Assembly: GCA_048886185.1 (NCBI GenBank)
Contig: JBHLKY010000008.1
Span: 90,947-122,946 of the forward strand
Length of the DNA: 32,000 nucleotides
Reading direction: 5' to 3'
Origin: Candidatus Hermodarchaeota archaeon
GTDB lineage: Archaea; Asgardarchaeota; Heimdallarchaeia; Hodarchaeales; Hodarchaeaceae
Both the position numbers and the translations under genes were made by a program. This document shows positions 1 to 10,111 of the stretch, one piece after another; the stretch's first letter is position 1, and every line of letters starts with the position of its first letter. The notes beneath the pieces are model-generated. The model saw only the letters and a list, made by a program, of their open reading frames with translations. It searched no databases and had not been told where the DNA came from.

Positions 1-34
1 TGGGTTTTCTAAGGACAATAAACTTTGGATAAAA

Positions 35-895
35 TTACCAATTCATCTGAATAAAATCCTGATAGATATTTAATGGATTATCACTGAAATATTTAATCAT
101 TTCATTCATCTTCTCCATTCCCAATTGATAATCTCGTTGGATTAATTGCTTTAATTCTGAAGACGTAACAAGAGATTTTAGTTTCATGTAATAGTCCTTA
201 AGTCGTTGTTTCCATTCCTCTCTAGTTCTACGATCTAGTCTATAAATTATAGGTGTCTCTATTTCAGTGACAGTGAGCTTGTTAACGGAAGTATAATGCC
301 AAAATACAAGAGGAAATGAATACCCCGTTTCATTAAGGGTGCTGGGAAGTATTTCAGTCTTATAGCCCTTTAATCCACAGAAAGCATCCGTAAGATTCAA
401 ATTAAAACATGTATTAATAGTTTTTGTAAGTAACATATTAGTAATATAGCGATCTACCGGTACGTTTGTGTTTTGTTCCCAGAAACGATATGATTGATAG
501 CGGCTGGTAGAGATTAAATCTATTCCTGGATTATCAACAAAATTTTCAAGTATTTCCTTAACACTGAAGGGAGCGTGTTGAAGATCTGCATCGAAAGTGA
601 TTAATATGTTAAATCTCTCTCTTGCTTCCCGAAATAGAGTGAGAATTGACCTACCATAGCCAAGAGGGCCATCATTGTGACGAATATATTTCAACGGATA
701 TATTAGAGCCAACTTCTTGTAGATTTCTTGAGACCGATCAGTACTTCCATCATCAACTAACAATACTCGGATATCATATTTTCTACAGTCTTTATCAAGA
801 AATTCATAAAGAGAACTAAGACATTCAGATAGATAGGCTTGTTCGTTATATAATGGTATGCCAATTAATATTTTTGGAATCAAGAATTCCTCCAA
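35..895 (-). CDS. Glycosyltransferase family 2 (DPM1-like, GT-A fold)
   Basis: GIPLYNE, VDDGSTD and DADLQH (DxD) motifs; TTG start. Confidence 0.9.
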   Translation of the reverse strand: MEEFLIPKILIGIPLYNEQAYLSECLSSLYEFLDKDCRKYDIRVLLVDDGSTDRSQEIYKKLALIYPLKYIRHNDGPLGYGRSILTLFREARERFNILITFDADLQHAPFSVKEILENFVDNPGIDLISTSRYQSYRFWEQNTNVPVDRYITNMLLTKTINTCFNLNLTDAFCGLKGYKTEILPSTLNETGYSFPLVFWHYTSVNKLTVTEIETPIIYRLDRRTREEWKQRLKDYYMKLKSLVTSSELKQLIQRDYQLGMEKMNEMIKYFSDNPLNIYQDFIQMNW

Positions 896-1343
896 TTAGT
901 AAATTTGCATAAATAATGAGATTATAATTGGTTCAATGTTTTTTCCATTAATTCACATTTAAAATGGGTTCCTATCCTTCTAAGTGTATTATTTCATTAT
1001 TTCTTTTTTTGTCCCCAGAAAGTTAAACATAATTATTCCTATAGTTTTGACCATTAAAAGACAAAGATTATTGTCTTTTATAAAACCATAACGAACTATA
1101 CATTACCATCTAATTAATAATTATTTGATCCTAAATTTTCAACACATCACTACTTTATCAAGTCATTGACTCTGGTAATCAAAAGATATATAGAATGTTC
1201 ATTTTTTATTGAGCATTTTAAGTAGATCTCCTCCTCTATTTTAGAGAGAATAAATATTTTTAAGACTTACCCCTCTCGGGCAAATAGCAGTGCTCCAGCT
1301 AGTTTATTTCATTTGTAGTACGATAGGAGAATGAAATTATCAA

Positions 1344-1784
1344 ATGAGTGATCCTGATCCTGAACTTCAAGAGATTATTAGAAAAAAGGCATCATTCTTG
1401 CAAGAACGAATAGAATTTTTCGATAAAGTCAATCGTGATGGTATTACGAATGTTATTGATACTAATATTGAGAGAATTATTCAATCGTCTCCTATACCAG
1501 TCCTAGTAGACTTTTCTGCTGATGCTTGGTGTAAACCTTGTCAAGTTATGGGTCCTGTATATGAGGAATTAAGTCATCAGTTTGCTAATAGGGTTCTTTT
1601 CGTGAAAATTAACACTGATCACAATCCACAAGCTTCAATGAAGTACAATATTTTCTCTGTACCAACGTTCATGATGTTTAATGCTGGAAAAAAGATTAAC
1701 CAACGTACGGGAGCAATCCCAAAGGCAAAATTCAAAGCTTGGATTGAGGAGGTTCTTCACAGGATCCAAATATCAACCGAGTGA
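1344..1784 (+). CDS. trxA: Thioredoxin with short N-terminal helical extension
   Basis: WCKPC active site; VLVDFSADAW, KINTD and SVPTF (cis-Pro loop) motifs. Confidence 0.93.
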   Translation: MSDPDPELQEIIRKKASFLQERIEFFDKVNRDGITNVIDTNIERIIQSSPIPVLVDFSADAWCKPCQVMGPVYEELSHQFANRVLFVKINTDHNPQASMKYNIFSVPTFMMFNAGKKINQRTGAIPKAKFKAWIEEVLHRIQISTE

Positions 1785-1790
1785 GTGATT

Positions 1791-1859
1791 ATGAGGAATA
1801 AATGGAAAAAGAAACGCTTAAGAAGAAGAAAACGTAAAGAACGCCGAAGAACACGTTAG
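1791..1859 (+). CDS. rpl41e: Ribosomal protein eL41 (L41e), 22 aa; not in the ORF track
   Basis: Manual translation MRNKWKKKRLRRRKRKERRRTR* matches the MRxKWxKKRxRR eL41 pattern; starts 6 nt after the trxA stop, preceded by GTGA. Confidence 0.9.
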   Translation: MRNKWKKKRLRRRKRKERRRTR

Positions 1860-2211
1860 ATTTCATTGTAATTTGTTCAAATTAATGAAACTCACTTCTT
1901 TTTACTATTTATACTGAGATCTAGAACACGATTATTGAAACAATAAAAGTGATAATTATATTTTCTAAATTGAATAACTTTTTGACTTTATAGACACCAC
2001 AGACTACAAATTTGGTCTTCACCAAGGAAAAAATCATTCTTCAATGAGTAACATGTGAATAAGTTTTTTAATCAATATTTTGATTTAAACCCATTTGACT
2101 TGTGTGGTACCTTTTATAAGCTAGAATGTTGAACTTTTGCTATTAATCAAATAACAGATGCCTTAAAGAGAGATAAAAAAATGTTTTAAATATCTAAGGA
2201 GCAATTGGTGG

Positions 2212-3306
2212 ATGATTATTGGTTTAATAGGCTCAAGAGGCACGGTACCTACAGCTGAGGTAGCAACAGTCTCGTTTTTAGTCGATAATCGATTCTTATT
2301 CGAGTGTCCCTCAGAAATAATCCAATCTTTTTATAAATTTCAACAATGTTGGAAGGAACTCCCAGAAATCTCGGTTCATCATAAAATAGTAGCTTTAGGA
2401 AAACCTACTTTTGGAAAAATAAGTCACATCATTTTATCGCATCTTCATTTTGATCATTGGGGAGGATTAGCACATATAATTCATCGAATAATTCTTTTAG
2501 AAAAGGAAAAAAGGGAGATAAATCCCCTTATAATTATCATTCCCAAAGATTCAACTGTTCCTTTTCAACAACGTATGAGGAAAATATATAATAGTATGGA
2601 TTTAAATTTCACCTTACCAGACGATGAATTTTTCTATCGATTGCTTACAATTGAAGTGGGAGAATCAGTAAGAACAGTGTTACAGATAAAGGTTATCAAT
2701 GATGGTGAAACAATTTCACTGGATTCTGATTATTCCTTATCTGCCAAAAAAAACAATCACTTTATTTTAGGTTCTTATTCTTATAAACTAGAATTTAAGA
2801 TTACAAAATTAAACATAGAAAAAGCACAAAAATTAGGCATTCCCTTTAACAAGACATTAAAACAAATAGAGAAAAGCTTGAGTCCTATTCAGATAGGAAA
2901 ACATAAAATATCTCGTTCTGATATTTTCTATGAACAGTGTACCTCTCTGTGTTATTCTGGGGACACACGGGTGAATCCTGAACTTTTTACATTCTTCAGA
3001 CAGAGTCAGATTTTGATCCATGAAGCGACTTATCTTATGCAAGATGAGAGTTATCATCTTGATTCGCATTCAGACATTAGATCTTTAATAGAAGAAGCAG
3101 ATAAACTAAAAACCCTGAAAGTTTTAATTCCTATTCATTTTTCAATCCGTTATACTGAGGAAGAGATTTCAAAGTGTTTAGAGGATTTTCCGAGAAAAAG
3201 ATATGTTTTGATAAATCCAATAGAGGATTTAATTGTCCAAATAGAACCAGATAAATCGGTAATTGTTTTGAAGAGATTCAAGTCAGATGCTTCAGCACGT
3301 TTTTAA
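2212..3306 (+). CDS. rnz: Ribonuclease Z (tRNase Z, metallo-beta-lactamase fold)
   Basis: SHLHFDHWGG (HxHxDH), exosite-like KAQKLGIP, YSGDT, IHEAT and HFSIRY motifs. Confidence 0.85.
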   Translation: MIIGLIGSRGTVPTAEVATVSFLVDNRFLFECPSEIIQSFYKFQQCWKELPEISVHHKIVALGKPTFGKISHIILSHLHFDHWGGLAHIIHRIILLEKEKREINPLIIIIPKDSTVPFQQRMRKIYNSMDLNFTLPDDEFFYRLLTIEVGESVRTVLQIKVINDGETISLDSDYSLSAKKNNHFILGSYSYKLEFKITKLNIEKAQKLGIPFNKTLKQIEKSLSPIQIGKHKISRSDIFYEQCTSLCYSGDTRVNPELFTFFRQSQILIHEATYLMQDESYHLDSHSDIRSLIEEADKLKTLKVLIPIHFSIRYTEEEISKCLEDFPRKRYVLINPIEDLIVQIEPDKSVIVLKRFKSDASARF

Positions 3307-3315
3307 CTGGAGGTA

Positions 3316-4149
3316 TCAAAATTTCATTCTGTATAAATTAGGTGAAAAGGATGATTGAAACCACTCTGGAATGTTTTGATAGTTATTAGATTTTGCTATA
3401 TTCTTGAGCAATTTAATAGTTCCAGATCCATATTGAATGGCTTTTTTCGGTCTATTAGTAAGACTATCAGATAAACCTATGGTCTTAGCTAATTTGCGTA
3501 ACTGGGCTTTTCGTACAATATTTCCTTGAGACATGTAAGCAAGATGAGATTGAATGGAATAAGAATATGCATGTTCAATGATTTTTGGATCTAAAAACGG
3601 GTATATTAGATCTAATCCGAAGTACTGAGCAATCTTTTGTTCTCTGACGATCTGAGATTTTTGTAATTTTTGTAAATCAAAAATCATTGCTTTTTTAACG
3701 GCCTCATGATCCCCCATTTCATATAGCTGGACATATTTTTGGTATCCTACAAAAATTTCATCAGCTCCTTGACCTAAAAAAACGGTTTTGACATCAAAAT
3801 CATGAGCTAGTGTTTGTAAACCTAAGAAAATAGGAATCGCGATTGATAGATCAACAGGGTTATAGATAATACTCATTTGTTTTAGTGTTTCTACCGCTTC
3901 TAACACAAGTTTCTGTGTAAGAAGGCATTTATGCAGCTTAATTCCCAACTCTTTTGCCCCGATGGTCGCATTATTTAAATCAACACTATCTGGTAAACCA
4001 ACACTGACAACAGCTACAGAGGAGGGTGGTATTAGCGTTATTAGAATTTTAGCAATTATAGATGAATCGAGTCCTCCGCTATAAAGGAGCCCCACCGAAT
4101 TTCTTTGTTTTTCAACAATATTTCTCAATTGGTTTTCAATAATTTCCAC
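3316..4149 (-). CDS. Asparagine synthetase C-terminal (PP-loop) domain protein lacking the glutaminase domain
   Basis: LLYSGGLDSS, GQGADEIFVGY, YPFLD and RPKKAIQYGSG motifs; only 277 aa. Confidence 0.85.
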   Translation of the reverse strand: MEIIENQLRNIVEKQRNSVGLLYSGGLDSSIIAKILITLIPPSSVAVVSVGLPDSVDLNNATIGAKELGIKLHKCLLTQKLVLEAVETLKQMSIIYNPVDLSIAIPIFLGLQTLAHDFDVKTVFLGQGADEIFVGYQKYVQLYEMGDHEAVKKAMIFDLQKLQKSQIVREQKIAQYFGLDLIYPFLDPKIIEHAYSYSIQSHLAYMSQGNIVRKAQLRKLAKTIGLSDSLTNRPKKAIQYGSGTIKLLKNIAKSNNYQNIPEWFQSSFSPNLYRMKF

Positions 4150-4346
4150 TTTGTTTCTTCCTATCTTAAGTAATACAAGAAAAACTTCTTAAAAAAAGCT
4201 CTCATATTTCATTGGAGTGAGATTAGTATTTGACCATTACTCTAAGTTATGTCAACATATGATTAGGTAGGAATATCTCAAAAATAAATCCTCAAAAAAT
4301 TTAATACGTGGAACTAAGTTCCTTTGATTGCTACTAATGCTCTGAT

Positions 4347-5051
4347 TTGGAATGTGTTACTAAGTTGGAAAATTCACAGCCTCCCAAAAAAGTAAGAAAA
4401 CGTTATGAAGCATTTTTTGCACCTTTTGGGAGATTTCTCGCAAAAACAGGAATTTCTCCAAACATGATTTCAATTATGAGTGTCATAGCAAGCATTCTTA
4501 GTTGTTGCGCATATGCTTCAGGTTCTTTTCCTAACATTGGCAAAACTTTAGGATTAGTCACTGGAACTCTCCTTCTTGGATGTTCATCACTCTTAGATAT
4601 GTTAGATGGCAGCTTGGCACGAGCTAAAGGAGTAGCAGGGCATTTTGGTGCTTTGCTTGATCGAACCCTTGATCGCGTTTCAGAGTTTTTCTTTTTACTC
4701 GGAATAATGGCTGGAGGATATGTCTACCCAGAATGGGTTTTTTTTTGTTTTGAAGGCATGATTTTAGCCAGTTATATCAGGTCTACCGCGGAAAAACGCG
4801 GTGGCTTAAATATGGACTCTACAACTGGAATTTTTGAACGAAAAGAAAAATTAAGTGTATTGGCTCTAGGATGTCTAATAGAGATTCTTATTTATGAAAA
4901 TATCCTTGGATTAGGTGATTGGTGGTTCCTTGAGTTTGGAATCCTAGCATTAATAGTCCTAATCATTGGTTTACTCTCGAACATTTCAGCATTTCAACGA
5001 TTACAGTATGCTAGGAAATTTCATGCTGCTATGGAAAAAAAGGAGAAGTAG
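4347..5051 (+). CDS. CDP-alcohol phosphatidyltransferase (archaetidylinositol-phosphate synthase-like)
   Basis: DMLDGSLAR...GALLDRTLDR signature, ISPNMIS and several TM segments. Confidence 0.9.
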   Translation: MECVTKLENSQPPKKVRKRYEAFFAPFGRFLAKTGISPNMISIMSVIASILSCCAYASGSFPNIGKTLGLVTGTLLLGCSSLLDMLDGSLARAKGVAGHFGALLDRTLDRVSEFFFLLGIMAGGYVYPEWVFFCFEGMILASYIRSTAEKRGGLNMDSTTGIFERKEKLSVLALGCLIEILIYENILGLGDWWFLEFGILALIVLIIGLLSNISAFQRLQYARKFHAAMEKKEK

Positions 5052-5084
5052 ATTGAATATTTACCTAATCAAGTATCAAAAGAT

Positions 5085-6404
5085 CTAAAATGTTACTGAT
5101 TTTGGTCGTTGGATTTTCACTTTCTTTTTACAGATTGGACAGACTCCCCTAATCTTAAGCCATTCAGCTAGATGTGAATAATGAGCTGGGGATCCACAAT
5201 CAGGACACCGGACTAGGGATGATGATTCAGTTATATGCATACGACACACACTACAGAACTCTTCAACCTCTGCTTCAAAAATATCTACTGATGTTCTTTC
5301 CACACGGGGGATACGCCCCGCTGTTGTAATTTCTAATTTTTTCGCTCGCATTTTAAATGATTCAGCTGCACGAGATGATTGTGCTTTTTGGGCTGCCTGT
5401 TGGAACAATTTTGCAGCATATTGAGGATTCTCTTCCTCATTTGCTAGTGCTGCTTCAGCCAAAATTGGTGTTGGCGCCTTTTCTCCAAGACTGTCTAGGA
5501 GTTCATCGTAAAGTGCTATGGCTTGATTTGTATTTTTTTTTCGTAATATATCTCGTGCAGAATCGAGAATTTTAAGAAGACGATCATATTCGGTCATTCT
5601 ATCTATTAATGAGTCAGTATCCTCCTTCAAAGATTGTTTTTCCTCAGGTGAGATTTTTTCAACTATATCTTTAGAGATACTGAGTGATCTTCTCATTTTC
5701 TCGATATTACCATTTTGGAGATTTTTCTCAACCTCTTGTAAATAATGTTCTATCGCAATGATTGGTTTACGTATCGTGGTTAAAAAGTGTTCAGCTTCTT
5801 TGACTCTTCCTTGTTTTTGCATTTCTGTAGCAGCAGCAATAATAACTGTATTGGCTTCCTCATCTGCTCCGATTGTTCGTAGAAGCTCTGCTGCTTCTAT
5901 ATACTTATGTTCATTGTACGCATGTCTCGCTAGATTACGAATAGCTTGATCACGATTATGAATGATTGAAACATTCTTATCGATGATTTGTATTGCCGCA
6001 GGAATATATTCTAATCCACCAAAGTCAATGTATACTTTAGCAGCAGCAAATGGTTTTTTTGCTAAAACAAAAGCAGAAGCAGCAGTGTGGGGATCTTTTC
6101 TACTTATATGTGTTCTAGCTAACTGAATAAACGCCTTTTCTATTTGCAGAGGAGAATATTTTTTTTCTAGCCGACGTAAGACCAAAATTTGTGAGGCCTC
6201 AGGAGTTCGTAACACTAAACTAGCTGCTTGTTCCAAAGAGTCACGTGCGTAATAGTCAAGGGCGTCAAGATGTCTCCCTTGTTGTTCTAATTCTTGAGCT
6301 TTCTGAACATGCTTTTCAGAACCTTTCCTTGTGGCGATAATAATTATGACTATAATAATTCCAATAATTATTAAGAAACCACTTTCTCCATTCATAATTA
6401 TCAT
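5085..6404 (-). CDS. Single-pass membrane protein with helical-repeat (alpha-solenoid/TPR-like) body and C-terminal RING-like zinc finger
   Basis: N-terminal FLIIIGIIIVIIIIA followed by TRK; Ala-rich helical repeats; CSVC-x13-CPDC-x4-H-x2-H-x3-W-x6-CPIC. Confidence 0.75.
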   Translation of the reverse strand: MIIMNGESGFLIIIGIIIVIIIIATRKGSEKHVQKAQELEQQGRHLDALDYYARDSLEQAASLVLRTPEASQILVLRRLEKKYSPLQIEKAFIQLARTHISRKDPHTAASAFVLAKKPFAAAKVYIDFGGLEYIPAAIQIIDKNVSIIHNRDQAIRNLARHAYNEHKYIEAAELLRTIGADEEANTVIIAAATEMQKQGRVKEAEHFLTTIRKPIIAIEHYLQEVEKNLQNGNIEKMRRSLSISKDIVEKISPEEKQSLKEDTDSLIDRMTEYDRLLKILDSARDILRKKNTNQAIALYDELLDSLGEKAPTPILAEAALANEEENPQYAAKLFQQAAQKAQSSRAAESFKMRAKKLEITTAGRIPRVERTSVDIFEAEVEEFCSVCRMHITESSSLVRCPDCGSPAHYSHLAEWLKIRGVCPICKKKVKIQRPKSVTF

Positions 6405-7262
6405 CCAAAGAGCTCAAATTATGGCCAGATGATCAATTGTTATTGAAATGTAATATTTGTTATGCTTGCTTTTTCTATAAAGATTACTTGTAAATAGATT
6501 TCGTTTTCGGAATGAAAGAAACCTATATAATAATGGAAACTGCTTATACTATTCTAGATAGCCTTCCTATCAAATTGTTTCCCATTTTAATTGCCACTCT
6601 TAATGAAATGGGGGAATCAGTCAAAAGTATGCCCTTTTTTGCAGTATTTAGCTTTACCTCTCAGGTTAATTTATTTTTCTTATTTAGAAAAAAAAGGTAT
6701 ATTCTATAGGATATATCCCCAACATATCTCTTAGAACTGTTTTTATTACCAATCCTCTTAAACGATAGTCTAATTAAAGATACCGACAAAAATCTGGCCC
6801 TATCAAATATTGATTTTTATCGGATAGATACAACGAGCATAATATCGTTCTATTAAAACTCAAGAACTATAGTTTTTTTGTCCTTGAATTCATAATATTG
6901 TACCAAAAAAAATTCTGAGCGGATTCCTATGTCCATATGGCAATCATTTTTCAATCAGCTTTCTAAACCTGTAAATAGAAATGACTCTTCATCAACATTA
7001 AACCAAATCTGTCATTGCGATGAAGGGGCTTTGTCCATTAATGGTGATAATTATAGCCCTCAAGGAGATTGTTCATTAAGTCTGGTTTGTTGTGCCATAC
7101 AAATCGATAAACATCGCGCTTATGCCTTCAATAACCATTATATGGTTTCAGAAAAATCAGAAATAAGCTTATCAGAAAATCATGACTCTAGACTATTTCC
7201 CTTTGATACAATCCTTGATAGATAATCACCTGATATTATCCATCTTTAGTGTTCATACATTT

Positions 7263-9437
7263 CTATATATGATCCTGAGCAATTTTTGCGACAGCTTTCT
7301 CAAGTAACCTATTTGCTGCTTTCCAATTCAATCCTGTTTTACTCAATGTTTGACCCCATGTCCTTCCTTGTAAAACCCGGGCAATTAACAGCAGTTCTTG
7401 ACTTGAACTGAGTTTCTTCACGTTTGATGAGACAAAATATTCAATGGACAACTCGTAAATCACATCTACCGCTAGTAAAAAATTAATTTGCCCTTTTAAG
7501 TAATTTTTCAGCCGGTAAACCCCGCTAGAGGTAATAGGAGGTTCGTAATTAGGAATAGGATTACAAGTCTTAATAATCTGTAAAACTAATTCTGGTTTCA
7601 TTGAATATAATGATTGGTTAAGTAAAGCTATGAACTGTAGTAGAAAATCAGCAGAAGCTTGATTAACAATAGTCTTCGCAGAAGGCGATAACGGACTTAT
7701 TACTACAATGTTCCACTCACCTGTTTCTGGAGTTTTGATTGGTCGAATATGAACAGCTTTAAAGTCAAATTTCTTCCAAAATTTCATTAATTTAACAGTT
7801 GCACCGAAACTTACCCCAATCCAGTCATATGTAGAGAATAATTGATTTTGAAGCTCTATTGCTATCCGTCCAAATCCTTTATCCATTAAACTAGGATGAG
7901 TCGCGATTCTCGCAATTCTTAAGCCACGAAGCTTTGCAAGCTCCTTAGAAAAATGTCGTATTCCAATTGTCGATATAAGATTCCCCTGAATAAAATCTCC
8001 AGATGTTACTCTAAGTATCTCTTGATCAGTCATCTCCCCCTCTTTTGCTAATTGGTTGGATACGAGTAGTTGTGTGGTGTTTTGAGAGTCCTTTCCATAC
8101 ATTCCTGTTAGAAAGTGTTTTCCAGAGTCTGTTAAAACTAGAAGGTCATTTGGTTGATTCCGATAATGGGAATAAACCAATAGTCCAAATAACTGCTTAA
8201 GCTGTGGTAAGCCTTTTTCTGAAAACAGATACACTGGATCTTCATATACTTGAAGATTAAAAGATTCTCTATCGAGGAATTGATGATCTATTTTTGACGA
8301 TTCAAGGTCAATATTCAGAAGAAAAGACTGGTTTAGTAACTCCTCAATTAAATCATCTGATAAAAATCTAATCGGTTGAGACAAAGAGAATTCATCATAA
8401 CGAATCTGCTTTTGTGTCTGTAAGTAATGCAGAAATTTGTATTGAAATCCTCTTCCAGCTCCCTCGTAACCATGTATTGTTGAAACAAAAATCTTTTTTG
8501 ATTTAATTTTCACAGTGTCCTTTAAAATATCTACAGGGATTGCAGCCGCTTCATCAAGTACAAAAAGATCGGTTTTCAAGTTATTATCTATTTCACTTGG
8601 CCATAAATAGTTAATTTTTGCTCTAGAGGTATGAATCCCTGATATTAATCCCTCCTGTTTAATTATATGAAAACGTATATTTTTAGATAGTAATCCTCGT
8701 GATAGAAAATTAAACAATGTTTGAACGTTCATAGGATGGGGAGAAGAGATGATGACTTTATATAACTGTTTACCTCTTTCTGAGAGTACTTGCGATAATA
8801 TTAATCCTATAGAAGCAGATTTTCCTCTTCCTCTATTGGCTAATAAAACAGAGCAGCTATTAGGGTGTTTTGAGTTAAGAATAATTCTGGTCATACTGTT
8901 AATTACATTTTTTTGTTCAGGAGTGACTGCAATGCTGTTAATTTGACTCTTTAGATTGATTTTATATGGCATTGGATTAAATTCAGAGATTACTTTAGAG
9001 GAGCTTGTATCTTTGGTTCTACACCGAGAGTTCTTCTGAATATTCTCAAGAAACCATCCTAATAATACAGATTTCATACGTTTTGCTGATGGTAGTAACA
9101 TTTCTCCTTGAACAAAGCGATTTTTATTAACCGAGTACACCCATTCAGAATAAGGTAACCCTAGAATAAAGATAATCCCCCCTCCACGAACTGTTTCCAG
9201 TAGAATATTAATTTTATTTGGAATAAATTCTTCTCGGAGATCAATAAGAAGAAAATCTACAGTTTGACCTAGTACAGTAAAAACATCATCAAAAGTGATC
9301 TTTCTTACATTCTTTAATTTGGGTAAATAGGCTTTTAGGCTTTGAGAAATCACTGATTGAGACTTTTGATCATCAATTACAAATAATCCGGCAGGATCCA
9401 TTCTCATTCTTTCTAGACAGTGCTGAAAAAATTCCAA
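7263..9437 (-). CDS. tmcA: tRNA(Met)/RNA cytidine acetyltransferase (ac4C; TmcA/NAT10 family)
   Basis: RGRGKSA Walker A, DEAAAIP, STIHGYEGAGRGF and GNAT RIARIATHP...GFG motifs. Confidence 0.93.
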   Translation of the reverse strand: MEFFQHCLERMRMDPAGLFVIDDQKSQSVISQSLKAYLPKLKNVRKITFDDVFTVLGQTVDFLLIDLREEFIPNKINILLETVRGGGIIFILGLPYSEWVYSVNKNRFVQGEMLLPSAKRMKSVLLGWFLENIQKNSRCRTKDTSSSKVISEFNPMPYKINLKSQINSIAVTPEQKNVINSMTRIILNSKHPNSCSVLLANRGRGKSASIGLILSQVLSERGKQLYKVIISSPHPMNVQTLFNFLSRGLLSKNIRFHIIKQEGLISGIHTSRAKINYLWPSEIDNNLKTDLFVLDEAAAIPVDILKDTVKIKSKKIFVSTIHGYEGAGRGFQYKFLHYLQTQKQIRYDEFSLSQPIRFLSDDLIEELLNQSFLLNIDLESSKIDHQFLDRESFNLQVYEDPVYLFSEKGLPQLKQLFGLLVYSHYRNQPNDLLVLTDSGKHFLTGMYGKDSQNTTQLLVSNQLAKEGEMTDQEILRVTSGDFIQGNLISTIGIRHFSKELAKLRGLRIARIATHPSLMDKGFGRIAIELQNQLFSTYDWIGVSFGATVKLMKFWKKFDFKAVHIRPIKTPETGEWNIVVISPLSPSAKTIVNQASADFLLQFIALLNQSLYSMKPELVLQIIKTCNPIPNYEPPITSSGVYRLKNYLKGQINFLLAVDVIYELSIEYFVSSNVKKLSSSQELLLIARVLQGRTWGQTLSKTGLNWKAANRLLEKAVAKIAQDHI

Positions 9438-9534
9438 AAGGACGGAATTAAGTTCCTTCTCATCTTGAAAGAGGAAAAGTGTTCTTTGATAGCTCTGAGT
9501 ATAGGTCTGAGACAGTTTCCATCGACCTTACTTT

Positions 9535-10098
9535 TCATTTCACTTCTATTTTCTTGACCTTTTGTTTAACTTTCTCGAGAATCTCATTACATACCTGAAG
9601 AGCTATTTCATGCTCTTTCTTGATACTCTTAACTTCAGAAATAATTTTCCTTTGCTCAGAGTGAGATATCCTTGTATCGAGTTGTTTCTTAATTGTATTT
9701 AAACGTGGAAAACTACTACAGTTAAAAAGTTCTCCCGACTCAGATGATTCCTTTCTTGGTTTTCTGATTAATTCAGCAACTTCGGGGAATAGGGTATAGT
9801 AAAGCCTTGGTCTTCCCCTCCCTGAGCCTGGACGTATTTTTCCGACAACTAAATTGTGTTTCTTTAATACTTCTAAATGTCTAATAATTGATTGAGGGTG
9901 ATCATCTAGTCTTTTCACTAACTCATTTACAAATCCTTCATTTAGGGCCAATTCAGCCAGCATTCTTCTGCGTGTTCGATTTGCCAATAAATAAAGAATA
10001 TCATCTATCTCATCAATAGCTAAAACTTTTTTGTTCTCAATCTGATAAGAGAGGATCTTCAGTATCAATTCGATTTCGCTTAAAGGATCTTTACTCAT
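9535..10098 (-). CDS. ArsR-type winged-helix regulator, Phr/HSR1-like heat-shock regulator
   Basis: LANRTRRRML...FVNEL...HLEVL...GRGRPRLYY resembles Thermococcales Phr from memory; last gene of the hsp20-cdc48 cluster. Confidence 0.7.
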   Translation of the reverse strand: MSKDPLSEIELILKILSYQIENKKVLAIDEIDDILYLLANRTRRRMLAELALNEGFVNELVKRLDDHPQSIIRHLEVLKKHNLVVGKIRPGSGRGRPRLYYTLFPEVAELIRKPRKESSESGELFNCSSFPRLNTIKKQLDTRISHSEQRKIISEVKSIKKEHEIALQVCNEILEKVKQKVKKIEVK

Positions 10099-10111
10099 CT
10101 CGACCTACCTC

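Noticed and set aside
6480-7260. Plus-strand ORFs 6512-6709 and 6929-7225, and a possible decayed minus-strand gene in this ~750-nt gap
   Set aside because: The plus ORFs look like shadow frames with no motifs. The best minus frame has about 10 stops in about 220 codons, not clearly below chance for AT-rich DNA, and matches no family I recognize. A tblastx search would settle it.
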